From: Octopus sinensis
Taxonomy: Eukaryota
DNA length: 64,000 nucleotides
NCBI RefSeq assembly: GCF_006345805.1
Contig: NC_043002.1
Coordinates: 54,436,001-54,500,000, forward strand
Direction of reading: 5' to 3'
In this document: positions 35,750-49,760 of the stretch, piece by piece
Position numbering within the stretch: the first letter of the stretch is position 1
How the letters are laid out: every line of letters begins with the position of its first letter
Made by a program: the position numbers and the translations under genes
The notes under the pieces: model-generated
Told to the model about the DNA's origin: nothing
The model's input: only the letters and a program-made list of their open reading frames with translations
Databases searched by the model: none

Positions 35750-37260
35750 ACTTCCTTTTTTTTTTTGACATTTACAGTACACCACTCCTTTGTACAGCTC
35801 AGTGTAGGAAATATACTCATTATAAGCTCTTCTAATTTTTATAACATTCACGATTAGAATCGTTATCAGTAAAGGATTGCAAACTTTCCTCTATAAGCGA
35901 CAATCCTTTAGCCATATTTTTGCAATCTCTGTGGCGGAGTGGATGAGGCTTCTATATTCTCTTCTTACTCTGCATCTCATTCTTGTCCTAAAAGCATTTG
36001 TTTCTCATTAGGCAAACGTTCTGTCTGGTACTTTAGCAACTCACACTTATCATCCTCGACTATTCAATTCTACATCGTTTGCTAGTGTTACAGTATCCTG
36101 CTGAACTTGATGCAGATCTTCTATTGGTTAAAAAGAAAAACAAAAAGAACCTATAAAGCCACAGATTCAGTCTGACCATATTTTCTTCCAAACACCATTC
36201 ATAGCAGAGGGTTTCACGTAATTCCTTAACTCTGCTGGCATCATAATGTTGAACTATTTTCAGTAATCTCTAACTGAAAGCTTATCTTGTCCATCAATCT
36301 TTTTAATGATTTATTTCAGAGTCCTTCTTAGATAATGTGCTTTAAAGTTAGCTATAACACCTTGGTTCAAGGGCCGGAGCAAATATATTGTGTCCTTGGC
36401 AATGCATTGGTGCATTGTCTAAAAGGAAGAATGTTTGTTGGAAATATTACGCCTGATGCCGTACCCTTCTACAGTGTGGCAAATAAAGTTTATAAACCAC
36501 GCTTTGAAAAGGCTTACATTCACACAAGCCTTATTTGAACGTCAAATCAGAGGTTGATTAAACTAAGCGTAACACTTGTAAGTCTGGATTTTCTGGATGA
36601 TACATCAGTAAGGATTTGAATTGCAAATCACCAGCAGCATTTCCTCCTACAAGAAGCATCAGACGAGTTTTGGAAGTTTGTAAACTTGTTAATTTTTCTA
36701 ACTTGGCATGTGCTTCCAAGAAAACCCAGTTTTACTAACGTTGACTTTTTTTGTGTGTCTAGCCTCCTTCATCAATAATTCTTTTTCAGCCCCTCGGGAT
36801 AATTGGTTGCAATCTCTATAGCAGTACTGGAAGCTTCACCGGTCATTTTATTGCTGTGCAAAATATGGCGCCTCTTAACCTTTCAAAGTGTCTTTTGCTA
36901 GCCAGAGAAAGGTTCTGTATCTGATATTGCAAACCGTCACACAAATCGTCATCCAAACGAAAGTTTGAATGACTCCTATGTCTATCGGCACTTTACGGCC
37001 AGTTTGATCATCTCTTCAAACATTCTAGAGCCATTCAAATCCACAAAAGTAGTTGTTTGTGCACTTGGCCTATTTTATTTTCATTGTTATGTATCTTTTC
37101 CCACAGTAGACGTTGCAGACTTCAATGTATTTACTATACTGCTGAGTTTTTCTCCAGCATAAAACTTTATTTCAGATGTCAAAATTTAAGTCTATAGTAA
37201 TCCTTTTACGATTTCTTTTCGCACAACTACTTTAACTTCTCCTCAATGACTCCTTTTCAG
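35750..37260 (-). mobile_element. Decayed Tigger/pogo-family transposase
   Basis: Minus-strand fragments FSxASKRHFERLR..GEASS (CENP-B HTH-like), NVSKTGFSWKHMP, RLMLLVGGNAAGDLQFKSLLMYHPENP, LRPLNQGVIANFKAHYL (DDE_1 motifs); multiple stops. Confidence 0.85.
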
Positions 37261-39073
37261 TTATCTTGATTAAGGTAATGCCTCAATTTGTACACGTTTG
37301 TAGTTAATTCGCAAAGCAATGGTGTCAGACTAGAAAACTCACACGTAAAATTAATGTAGTAGAATCTGAAAAATATTGAGGGCGTTAGCATAAAGCAGCG
37401 GACATATTTTTTCAGATATTTTTTCAGACGTAAGAGTGGAAATGAGAAAAAAAGGAAAGAGTAGAGAAGTAATGCTGAAGAAATGAAGCTGTATCACTGG
37501 AAGGATTAAAATTTATATCAATACCCAGATCAATTGAAATGGTGTACGTACGGAGGATGTGGATAGGGGTTGTTAAGAAAGGTATGCTGATGAGACGGAA
37601 AAATGTCGGCAGGAAGGACTGGGCATATTAGGGAGTCAAACCAAATATATATTATTTTTAAAGAAAATTAGTTGTGGTAACTCGTGATTTTAGTCCTTAA
37701 GATTGTAAAAAAATTATCTGAGCCTCTGTAAGGGCAGAATTACCGAGCATATCTTATAATCAGTGGTCATACAATTTGTTTATGTGCTTGTATCTGTAGA
37801 TATTTATGTAATAACACTCACCCGCCAACCTCTGTATATAAGGATGTTAGTCTTAGAATAACGTTGTAGGGGGATAGAAGTCGTTATATAAATAATGTTA
37901 TTAGAAGAATCATATGCAAGGACTGATGAAATAGCCACTAGAATTCAAATACTTTGGTCAAAGGGGGTATTTTTTATGGCTTAAATAGAGGAGGAAGAAT
38001 AGCATGCAGGATTTTTGTGCGACCTTTGAGACAGTCGGAGAAAAGGGTGCAATAATCCACACCAGCCCTCTAGCAGCAACATTACAGGAAATAGTAAGTC
38101 AAGATAGTGAGTTAACTTACCTTGGACGAGAGATCATCTGAATATTAGAAGCAGAGAGTAGAGAGAACTCCGCTCAAGGCACCCAAGAATCAGGTCGTAG
38201 TGTTAAATCGGGTGACGGTTTAAATCTACTTTCAAAAACAGGTACACAATCATTCGACGGACTTCTGCAGTTCTCAACTGCCCACTTTCATTCATAAGGC
38301 TTGGGTCAACTCAAAGTTATTGGAGGAGATATTTGCCTAAGCTACCGCTCTCTGGAATCTTACAAGAAATCAGAATTTTGCACGGAATTTCATGACAACT
38401 CGACCATAACTTTCTCATATAGCTCCAAATCAACGAAAACTATATGCTATTCAAACACTAGCAGAGGATCCTCAATGCTCAATCTGCTTGAAATGATAGC
38501 TGTATCTCCTCTAATACCATACTATCTTTAAAAAGTACACGTTGGATAATGTCTTGAAAAACAATAACAAACAGACAAAAAAAATTAAGGAAGAAAAATG
38601 ATCACTGTCAGAATAACTTTGATCACAAGCCCGCTTGATCAGAGCTGACCTCATCGGGCTAAACAATAACAACGGCTTGCCTTAAATATCTAGGGAAAAT
38701 AGTGGGCTTAAAATGACGAAGTTACCTATAGAATGACAAATTAATTGTGATTAAGCTATGAAATTCTTACATTCTATCCATTTTCTGTAATTCAGATCGC
38801 CTCAGGGTCCCAGCAGACAAAAAGGAAAAGACGTTGCCCGGAGGATGGCGAGGGAGATTCACTGCAACAGCCACTCTGACTCACGGGACTCGCACTTTTA
38901 TCGTTCAAATATGAAATGGAGAAAAGATGGTGAAAAACAGAATTCATAGAGTCAAATAAAATGACCTGATGAAACAAGTATCAGCAACATACTGAAATTC
39001 GATTCACCAGAGTATGCTCCTCCTCTGTTAGATGCGTCGCTGTAAGAAACCAGCATTACTTACTTGAGATGAG

Positions 39074-39499
39074 GGATCTTTTCGGTTTGAACGGCAGTTT
39101 TTAACATAATTTCTAGGTAACTAAAAAATTTTAACTTCGTATACTGGTAGAATGTGTTTATAAAACATCTTTTTCTCTTGGCTTTATTGAGAAAATTCTA
39201 TAGTTTGTAAGATATTTGTGGGTTTTTTTCTTCAATTTCTGCAATTTCAACCAATCAATGACGTGTATTGAGTTAAAAAAACATTCTGTGCCGTATGAAT
39301 ATGTCCCTCGTTTAAGAAACAGATTGGGTTTATTTACATTTGTGAAGAAAAAAGATACCCTTCCCCCCACCCCTAACCCTAACTAAACCTAACCCTAAAA
39401 CAGATTGAAATGCAATAGATCGATACTAGGGTCATAATTATGGGTGACAATTTCATATGACACCGCTAGAAAAAACTGCTGTTCAAACCGAAATGATCC
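39074..39499. mobile_element. 426-bp MITE with 8-bp TSD (hAT/Merlin/P-type TSD length)
   Basis: TIRs GGATCTTTTCGGTTTGAACGGCAGTTTTT / AAAAACTGCTGTTCAAACCGAAATGATCC; TSD GAGATGAG at 39066-73 and 39500-07. Confidence 0.92.
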
Positions 39500-40042
39500 G
39501 AGATGAGTAACACCCGACATTTGACTAACAAATCCAAGAAGCTTTTTGTTATATGTTGAAGTTAACATTTAAGTAAGATATACATAGCTTTCACTCCAGA
39601 GAAAAAAAAAAGTGGTTAAGAGGTTAACTCAGATAGACACTAGACATAAGGTAATGACAGTTGGCAAAATGAATGTCAAGTTATTTGTCCTTTGTCCACC
39701 CTTCTTTGTCAATCGGAAGATAAAACAAAGTTTGCATCTATATAATTCTTCTTTCTTCGCTAAGATGTGAGACAAATTTAAAAGGTTTTAAAAATCATCT
39801 TAATGTTAGTAAACATTGCAGTTTATCGGTTTCTTTTCAACATTCACTCACCGTATTCTCCTCACCACACGAAGCACTAGACAAGATCACTACTTGAGAC
39901 ACAAAACTGATACGACCTTAAATATAGTTTATAGACCCAATAAAAGGGTATATAGTTATTTGCATTCTTCTGGAAATTACAGAATACTAATTATGATACT
40001 CTGTTTGTATATGTGAATAGCAAAATTAATTCCTGATATGTA

Positions 40043-40220
40043 AGGCAGAATCGCTGGTAGCACTTCATCTGTCCATCTTTACGTTCTGAGTTCAAATTCC
40101 ACGAGGAATTTGCCATTCATCTTTTTCCGGGTCGATAAAATAAGTACCAGTTGAACACCGGAGTCGATGTAATCAACTTACCCCTTCTCCGAAATTGCTG
40201 TGCCAAAATTTGAAATCAAT
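40043..40220 (+). mobile_element. SINE family A
   Basis: GGCAGAATCG..ACGTTCTGAGTTCAAATTCC..GGGTCGATAAAATAAGTACCAG. Confidence 0.85.
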
Positions 40221-41748
40221 ATTAATTCCTGATATTAGTACAAGACCCCAAATTTTTATGAATGGAAAACAGTCGATAAAAAATTTGCTTCAGTATTTGA
40301 CTAGAATTCATAAGAATAATAGATGAAGTGCACTTTGGCGAGATTTGAACTCGTAATGTGGAGAGCTGCATATCAATCTCTCGAAGCATTTATCCGACTT
40401 ACTGCTTATTCCGCCAACCTACAGCTCTTTCATAAATACTAATGTCACAAAAACATTCAATAAATGTTTGCGTTATTTTTATTGATTCTGAGGAATATTG
40501 TGTATCATAACAACATAAATGATAATAAACTAGCAGTGAGGAGAATTGAAAGTGAGTTTAAGCAAAGTCAACAACATAGAAAATATTTTGAGAGGGCATG
40601 ACTGTGTTAAAAAGTTCACTTCGCAACCACGTAGTTTTTGGTTCAATTTATCTTCGCGGCACATTGGCCAAACGTAAACTATTATAGTCCCAGATTCATC
40701 AATATATTTTGATATGGAAACTGTGTGGAAGCTTTCGGATGTATGTATGTATGCGTGCGCGTTTATGTATAGCGGTGTAAAAATTGCTATTGTGTCAAAA
40801 ACGTAAATCAACATTTTGATAAATAATAGATTAGTACAATAATAAATAAACTGAAATAAGTACCAAGTAGGGGTATTGTTGTGATCAGCCCAAACTCTTG
40901 AAAGTGGTGCCCAGAGTGGTCGTAGTCCAATAATTGAATCCCGTAAAGGAATTTAGAAAAACGAAAAGAACAGGAATTTACTTCGGTTTGCAAGATTCTT
41001 TATGTGTATTTGTGTTTTGAAACACATTTTATCTTCCTAGACACAACAAAACAGGAATCGAATTCAGGCTCCATGCTCCAAATACATTTGGCAAACTCAA
41101 TCTATAAAATAAAACAGAACAGGTCCAGAACTGCAATACATGATGCAACAGTAAAAGAATACCATAAATACTAATGAACTTTAAGTAATGCATGTGTGAA
41201 TAGATTGAAAAGATGATCAGCCGTTTCTATGGTTATGACTGGCACCAAATATTTGAGCTGAAATGATAGGGTAGTTGGAAATTTTTGCATTGGGATATCT
41301 GGAAATACTCACGAATTCTCACATCAGTAAAATCGTGTTATCTCGTCTCAAAGAGAATATCAAAAATAATGAAACAACGATGTTTTGGGGATATTGAATT
41401 ATGTACAATACAAAATTACATAGAAAATTGTCAGACATAGTTATTAAAAGTCAAAGCAACGTTATGCGTTCTCAGATTGGTATGTTATGCCTAACAGTCA
41501 GAAATATTGCATGGTTATTAAAAGCTAAAACAACATGATGTGTTCTCAGATTGGTATGTAATGCATAGCAGGCAAGTATTACAATCGAAGAAGTGAAAAT
41601 GCTAATGAAGAACAAGGGACGTAATACTGAGTACTGAAAATATGAGACATATGTTTAACTGGTGTGTTTGATTTCGCTATAAAACACTGAAAAGGCGCTA
41701 GTCTAGAGAGCTTAAATAGAATTAACAGATGGTATTGAAAATTACTAT

Positions 41749-42058
41749 GTGGAGGCGCAATGGCCCAGTGGTTAGGGCAGCGGACTCGCGGTCGGAGGAT
41801 CGCGGTTTCAATTCCCAGACCGGGCGTTGTGTGTGCTTATTGAGCGAAAACACCTAAAACTCCACGAGGCTCCGGCAGGGGGTGGTGGCGACCCCTGTTG
41901 TACTCTTTCGCCCCAACTATCTCTCACTCTCTCTTCCTGTTTCTTGAGTAACGCTGCGATGGACTGGCGTCCCGTCCAGCTGGGGGAACACATACGCCAC
42001 AGAAACCAGGAAACCGGGCCCATGAGCCTGGCTATGTTTGAAAAGGCGCATTAAAAAA
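41749..42058 (+). mobile_element. SINE family E (tRNA-derived head)
   Basis: GGAGGCGCAATGGCCCAGTGGTTAGGGCAGCGGACTCG..TTCAATTCCC; second copy on minus strand at 63357-63640. Confidence 0.88.
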
Positions 42059-43001
42059 TTGAAAAGTACTATACTGGTTTACGGAGATCACATTTAGAAG
42101 TATGTATGCAGATCCCATTCAGATCTAAAGATTAGGTGAATTCCATTACGTGCTCTCTCACTCAATACATCTGGAAACTGAAGGAGAATGAAAATACCAA
42201 CATACGCGTAATATAGTCCATATTTAAAACCACAATACAATGTTTTAATAGATCTAAGATCTACTTTTTGTCTTGTTGAATAATGCCCTAATGCAACACA
42301 CAAACAAGAAGTGGTGTATAAATGTAGACTTAAAACTATTCCAACACTACCCACATCAGCTAAGCAATATACAGGTTAATTACATCTGACCTGCATCAAC
42401 TAATCAATCAACAACTCTCACATACCCAGTAAACATTGCACCACGCAGTGTCAATTTAGCTACAAGCTGTACAAGAGATCAGCAAATTGATCATCCCTCC
42501 CAACTACAAACAGTTTGTATGCTTATGTTGTTGTACGCTTGTTATATACAGCATTTGTAGCAATATAATCTGAACAAAGCTGGTCACAAAGAAAAAAGAA
42601 AAAAGGTGGGGAAAGAGAGTGATCGTGTGAAGTTATTAATTCCTTTCGCCTGAACAAAAATATTGAACACTAACAGTGTAAATTGGGAGAAAATTGAGTA
42701 ATCAATATGGAAAGAAATTTTTTTAAAATATTTATTTGATGCTGAAAATTTTTCAAACCGTTACTCCGAATTTCCAGTTTCCAATTGTCGGTCAATAGTA
42801 ACAAAAAGAACAATGGAAACCAGTGTGTTCATGTGTGTATGTATCTGTGTGTGTGTGTGAGGCTGGGGGGTTGGTTGTATGTGTGTGTGTGCGTGTGTGC
42901 GCGCGTATTGTAAATAAAATGAACAATAAAAAGATCGAAATAGGAGAACAAATTTTGATAAATAAGGTATTGACTTGACGTTTCAATGGAAACAGAAAGT
43001 G

Positions 43002-43037
43002 TCTTAACGTTTCGGATGTTTGTCCTTCATCGGAAGA
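43002..43037 (-). ncRNA. 36-nt ultra-minimal hammerhead motif
   Basis: Minus strand TCTT-CCGATGA-A-GGAcaaacaTCC-GAAA-CG-TT-AAGA; same geometry as 17610-17645 but different stem sequences. Confidence 0.65.
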
Positions 43038-44994
43038 AAGAAAGAAAGAAAATATTGATGGAGTGAATGAGATAAATAGTCGGGGGAAAAACAGGTGAAG
43101 GTTAAAAATGAGATAGAGATGCCGTTCTATGGGAAAGTTAAGAAAGGAGTAAGAAGCGGTTACGTAGATGCAAATTGCTGTCGTTGTTATTGTTATTTAC
43201 GTCTAGGTTAGTTTTGATCAATTAAACCTATAATCAAACAGTATTCTATCCTTTATTATTTTCTTCAAGCAATTTGTCTAAAACCATATTATTCAGTCTC
43301 CCCTCTCTTTTTTTCGAAGACAGAAAAATGTGATCTAAGGAAGATTTAACCGCTATTTCTTGCAAGAGAGATTATGTTAAAGCCCTCGTTGAATTCTGAA
43401 TCTTAAGTTTTAGGAGCATGAGAAAAAGTTCAACAACCTGGAGATCCTTTAGTGAATAAATTGTAAACATGTCAATGACTTTTAATTCAATTTCGTGCTT
43501 GCCACTGATTGTTTTTACACCAGCCGTCATTAATGTATGTAACTCTTTACTGATGGACCAGCAAGGAAACAAATACAGTTGAATGGCGAAAGAATGATTT
43601 CGAGAACTTTAAAATTGTTAATTCGATTATGAAATCAAAATGAAACAAAACGAATTGTTTTGAGTAAATAAAGAGGCAATGAATAATAACAGAGGTCAGC
43701 TTAGGTTTTCTTTCTACTGCGGGTGTCGATAAAATAAAGTATCTGTTAAATAATGTGTCAATTAAATTGATCATACATCAATATAAACAAATGACGGTTT
43801 TGAATAATTGTTAGAAATCAGCACGCACACTATTCTGTTTGTCATTCGGTTCATAAGTTCGAGTGTTACGTTTTAAACAAGCTTAACTATGAAACTAAAT
43901 TAAAACACAAAGCAGCACGTTCAAGCGTTGCTATTTTAACAATGGACTGAAATCAAGGACGTAATCGTAATTTTTAACATAATGAAACAATGCTATTAAG
44001 ATCTATAAGTATATGCATTAAAAAAGAAATAAGAAAAAGTTTAAAACGTTGAACTTCCATCTGTCCCACGTGTTAATTATTATTAGACAATGAATTAGAA
44101 TTGTTAGAGTATCTGATAAAAAAGCTTCGCTGTTTTTAGATACGGTCTTTTTCCGTTTTGGGTTTTAATTCCACCGAGGTCAATGTGTCTTTCATCTTTG
44201 CGGTTCGAGAAAAAGAAAATACCAGTTAAGTCTGAAATACGGTGAACCAGAGAAGCTTTAACCAGTGACGTTATTGTCTACAAACTGCGATATAAACTAA
44301 GTGTTAGGATAAATATAATCGACTATATTCTCCAACTTCTCCAAAATCAATTATGTCCTTGTGTTATTGCGAGAAATCATTATTTGCTGACTGAAATGTC
44401 TTGGATTATAAGCGAAAGGCAAATTGAAAGCAACTGAGTGAGAGACAGTGGCAGACAGTGGATGCTTGGATCTGAGGGAGGCCTGCGTTGTCCAACGTCG
44501 GAAAATCGATTATTGTGGTCACAAGTGCAGATGGTCGTAAGTCGAGGAGTGGGTATATTAATCTGCTTCTCTATGAGTAACACTGTCGTTTATACACTTG
44601 AAGTTTGAAAAACAGGTGAAGAACAATCAAATTAAGAAAATGCACGTCTTAAAAATTGATCCTTACAAACACACAACTGACAAAATGCACACTCACACAC
44701 ATATATATGTATATGTACGCACACACACTCCCACACACACACATTTTTACGTACATACACATAACATTGTTCGGCGTGGCATGGCACAGAATCAGTGCGT
44801 TGAACAAAAGTATTTTATATTTAGTTCACTGTTACCTTAACGCTCAGTCGTCGCTGCATTTTTATCTCGATAAGAAGGAAAAACGTTCTCTGATCGATAT
44901 AACCTTGCAGCCGTCCAATAACTGGAAGCAATATAAGAATAAAAGAAATTTAAATCTGAAACCATTATAATCTTCATATCTGAGATATGGAATC

Positions 44995-45340
44995 TGCGCA
45001 TGGCTCAGTGGTTAGAGCATCGGGTTCACAATCATGAGATAGTGAGTTCCATTCCTGGACCGAACTGTGTGTTGTGTTCTTGAGCAAGACACTTTATTTT
45101 ACATCACTCCAGTTCATTCAGCTGTAGAAATGAGTTGCGACGTCACTGGTACCAAGCTGTATCGGCCTTTGCCTTTCCCTTGGGTAACACTGGTAGCGTG
45201 GAGAGGGAAAGCTGGTATGCATGGGTGACTGCTGGTCTTCTATAAACAAACTTGCCCGGACTTGTAACAAGGAGGGTAACTTTCTCGGTGCAATCCCATG
45301 GTCATTCATGACCGAAGGGGGTCTTTATTTTTACCTTTAT
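44995..45340 (+). mobile_element. SINE family D, full length
   Basis: GCGCATGGCTCAGTGGTTAGAGC..GAGTTCCATTCC; GTGTTCTTGAGCAAGACACTT; GGTCATTCATGACCGAAGGGGGTCTTTA end. Confidence 0.88.
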
Positions 45341-46949
45341 CACAGCTCAGGCGTATAGAATAGATCAATGGGAATACATGTATCGTTAGACCATTCCTTC
45401 TACAAGAGAACCCAGCGTTGTAAACCAGCAGAATACCCACCCAATTCTCACTATCTCGTACTCTGAGTTAGTTGAAATGAGAGCTTTCCTTCTTGGCTAT
45501 AGACTAGTGTAATGCTAATATCAGAACAGGAATCGTCATCTCTTTGGTTCATGTGTCCATTGTGCTGTTCATGTGTCCATTATCTCGGCTATCTGTAGCT
45601 CTTATTGCCGAATGCGGATTCATTGATTTTTGAGCTTTTATTTCAATAAAAAAAAACATTCAGATTTTCGCTAATACTTGGTTTGTGAACCACAAGTATA
45701 TGCTGTTTCATTCATTCATCATTCATTCATTCATTCATTCGAGCAAATGTATCTCAAACTGGAGGAACTCCTCTCTCTTTCGAGTCCCGCTTAGTATTAT
45801 CTGTTTGGCGCTGGTCTTTGTTTCGAGTGTAGCAGAAGTGATTTACACTGTCATTATGTGTGAGACGTTTTCGCTATGAGTGGTTTAAGCTTAAATACCT
45901 GGATATCAGCTCCACAGGCCTTGTGATCAGCCGAACTTGTTTGTATTGGTCGGTTTCCAGCTGTCCAATCGTGTTGGTGCAACAGTTCGTTTTTACTTAC
46001 GCGGGAAATTAATCACCAGCTTTGGGAGCCTCCTGATCTTTATAAGAACGACAGTTCTCGACTGCTCTAGGTCTTTGGCACACGCCACTGACCAGACGCA
46101 ACCCGTCTCTGACAACGATGTATCTGACACCAGCCAGTCCCCGCTTTCACAAACAACAGACCAATGGCTTCCTCTACACACCACCAAACAGTACATCAAC
46201 TTTAACTTCAAGATCAACAGTCCGGCCTGACCACGAAGTCTCTCACACATCTTGGTTTTAACCTGTTATATTAATTTTATTTCATGTATGGCAATCATTG
46301 TATTTTATAACGGAGAATAAATCGTCGCTTACCAGTTAATTTCATCTCAAGTCGTGTCTCATTTTCACATTTCCTTATTTAATCATCTTCGTTATACGAG
46401 AATCTCCCTTACTCGCTACGCAAAGCCTTCCGTGTTAGTGAAGGTGCTTGTTATGCTACGATCATCACAGGATATTTCCCATGTGGCAATAGAAACACCA
46501 TCCATGTACTTCCCACACGACAACAGAAGCACCGCCAGCTGTTTCCCGTGTGACAATAGTAACATGTACAGCAGTGTTTCCCAGTTGTTTCTTAGTCCAA
46601 CACCCCCTTAATTATATAAATCGAATCACCCAGCACTTCTCTTTAATTCTTCTGTGATGATATTCAAAGACAGGTGAAGTTTCATTTGAATTCTCATCAC
46701 TCCCACTCAACGAAATAAATTATAACACTCCAGGTTGAGAAGCATCGACCTTCAGGCTATACCCTATGTAAGAATAACAGCATATGCAGTCTATTTCTTG
46801 TATGGCAACACTGTATTAGCATCCGTGCGTTGTTTTCCACGTGATTCATAATAGTAACATTCCACATACTGTTCACCATAGAATGCTTTATTTCTTCCAC
46901 ATACACATTAACTTTTCCCGGTATTTTTCATCATACTTAATTACATATA

Positions 46950-47040
46950 TACACGCACATACCACACAATTATACACACACATACATATCACACAATTAT
47001 ACACACACATACATATCATACAATTATACACACACACACG
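46950..47040. repeat. Minisatellite (CACACAATTATACACACACATACATAT) x3
   Basis: Direct reading. Confidence 0.85.
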
Positions 47041-49269
47041 TTAAAGAAAGAAAAAAGGCAGTTGCATTTGTGTGAACAAAGCCAAAATACGGTTGGTTTT
47101 AACAAATCTGGCTTTGCTCGAAAAAGAAGAGTAAAGAGCAGCAACATCAACAACATCAATAATAATAATAATAATAATGACGATGACGATGATGTTTTAG
47201 AGAGTGAAATCTATATATATAATGCATAGATTTATATTGGATTTTCATATAGCAGTGTAAAAAGAAAGAAAAAGCATTATTTTTATCTGGTATTAGGTTT
47301 TGTTTGTTTATCTGTGAAGGAAAATATGACAGTCAAACCCTGAAAATAATTTACTAAGGAAGCCTATTTCTGCAACTCAGCTAAATATTTATTTCTACAG
47401 CTCTACATCATATTTTGTCCACAGCCGACTGTTATTTACTTATTTATATATCCATTGTCATGAAAAAAAGGAAAAAAACCCAAAAAAACTACTTTGCAGG
47501 AAAATCAATGTTTCGTGTTATTGTTTCTTTCTAGGTCGCTCCTGATTGAACAGATTGATCAAAGACTAGAGTAGTTCAAACCGTGACCATCCCATTTATC
47601 ATTATGTTTTTGTATATCATGAACTACATAATTTCCCAATGACCCTTTAAAATTTTTTTAGACAGTGGTGTCATTTAAGAGAGAGTTGGTCGTTATTTCT
47701 AACAGCTCAAGCAAAAGATGTTGCCTCTCGGTCGTTATGTTTTGTGTAATAATGTATGGGCAGTCATGTGAGATATGAGAATCTTCCGTGTTTATAACTA
47801 GAATTATAGTAAAAGAAATCAAACACGAGAAGGAATTTTGATTTAATAACCAATGATGACGTCACTGGGTTATTCTCTGAACATTTCTATTCTTCTATGT
47901 CTATAAATATACATTTTAGTACACTCACTAATTAATTCTGTCATCATTACTTATGTAAGTATGATGAAAGCAGTGGTTCGCTAATGAGAACATATTAAGA
48001 CTGAAATGTGTCCAGTGTTGTTTCCCATTCTTCAGTGGTCTAAATAATTAAAGCATTATTAGTTAATGTGTAATATTGCCTTTTTTCTTCATCACTTAAG
48101 TATATCTGGTTTGCTTTTTGATGCCCTTTGCATTAGATATGTTAAACTAATTTAACTACTGATATACTAATTCCAGTAACATTGTTTCTTTCAGATCAGC
48201 AAAGGATCTCACAACTTTGTTCATGTTCTTGGTATTGTTGTTGTTGTAGATGAAAGGCAACTCGCCGCGACCGTCTGGTTTTATTTTCAAGCATAATGCA
48301 TCAAGGTCCATGTTATCCAATATTTTTCTATTTTTAAAATAAGTTGTAATTTGAGGGAAATTTGGCTACTATGTCTAGTATGTTTCATAACCGCGAATTG
48401 CAAGAGTGTCCAATCCATAGTATGCCGGCGCCAAAGATATTTCATGGTGCATGCCCCACCCGACAAATCCTTGCTTTGTTTGACCCATAACAAAGAGTAG
48501 CAGACAATTAGAATTTAAAACCTTCAAGTATTTTTATCTTTTGAGACTAGCAGTTTCAAAGCATTCTGAAAACTAGCAGTCTCAAAAGATTTTGCTATCA
48601 TCTTATATAAGTATTTTAATTTCCTATAATAAGTTATTTCTTATGATAAATAGTTTATTGAAACGGGATGTTATGTTGTGACTCTAGTTTCACGACACTG
48701 CGATCTTCAGATGTGTACATACTCGTTTTGACGAGGTGATCGTGTAGTTAAGGTACGTAAAACAATGCTAGCTCGCCCACTTTTTACACTGAGCTCGAAG
48801 ATACAATGAACACTGCGGTACGTTGTTTCCTAAAATGAGAAAGATCCTACTAAATATAAATGAGAAAGATCCTATTAAATATAACAGGTACAGATTAGGA
48901 GTCCAAGGGATTGAATATGATAATGACTGAGATTTAGCGGTTATTCTTAGTGCTGGATCATCGTGAAAATTTTATTCTACATTAAAGAGAGGAAGATACT
49001 CAAAAGCAAATGAGAACGCTTACTAAAAGAGCGCAGGTAGGAAGAAGCATAAGAAAGAAATGGATCTGTTGTGGTCGTGAGTTTGAAAGAAGAGGTTACC
49101 TGTTTCTCGTTATTAATAACAGCGCCGAGTCTCCTATACCTGTAAGTGAGCAAAAAACTTCTCCAGCTTTCATCATTTGGTTGGAGATATTGTCGACCAA
49201 TAAATACGTAGATGATAGCATTTTCCTTTGGTTTCACCTGCCTTTTAATTGTTATATTATATAAAATAG

Positions 49270-49604
49270 ACCTCTGTGTGTGTATTCGTTTTTCATGCAA
49301 AAACGGCTACACGAATTGGTTCCACACTTGGGGTGCATGAATAATTTGACCTGGGATACAATAATATCGACTTCATTTATTTTTTTTAAAAATAAATAAT
49401 ATTGTTTCATATAAGATTAACTTCTTTAAAAAAGGATTTTCAATGTCAACTTCCGGTACTAACGTAGCAACTGTGGTTAGCTACACACACACATATATGT
49501 ATACAATACGTATTTGAAGAATATTTACATTTTAACCGCTTCTATTTCATTTCAATCGCATTGTCTTTTGTTTCCAGGGGAAACACATGAACGTCACAGA
49601 TTCC

Positions 49605-49693
<89 letters not shown>

Positions 49694-49760
49694 GTATGTA
49701 TGTATGTATGTGTGTGTTCGCTTTTCACGCGAAAACGGCTGCACGAATTAGCACCACTAG
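49270..49760 (+). mobile_element. Two related short elements around a (TCTA)n(TGTA)n tract, possibly Helentron/HINE-like
   Basis: TTCGYTTTTCAYGCRAAAACGGCTRCACGAATT at ~49285 and ~49717 following GT-rich or TCTA microsatellite. Confidence 0.35.

Noticed and set aside
37581-37629. CTGATGA-GAC..GTC-GGCA..CATATT
   Set aside because: GAAA replaced by GGCA and no NUH triplet in register.
38960-39010. CTGATGA..AGTAT/ATACT..GAAATTCGATT
   Set aside because: No stem I pairing.
41749-41825. tRNA genes at SINE heads (also 33789, 44995, 57387)
   Set aside because: A/B-box-like words are present, but there is no full cloverleaf and each continues into a multi-copy SINE body.
45937-46250. Overlapping 97-aa and 85-aa ORFs
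   Set aside because: No recognisable motifs or splice structure; cannot be supported without a search.
48185-48300. Exon after the acceptor-like TTTCTTTCAG
   Set aside because: Stop codons in all three frames within ~100 nt, no donor or recognisable protein.
48670-48716. Minus-strand CTGAAGA..GAAACTAGAGTC
   Set aside because: Stem I and stem II do not pair convincingly.
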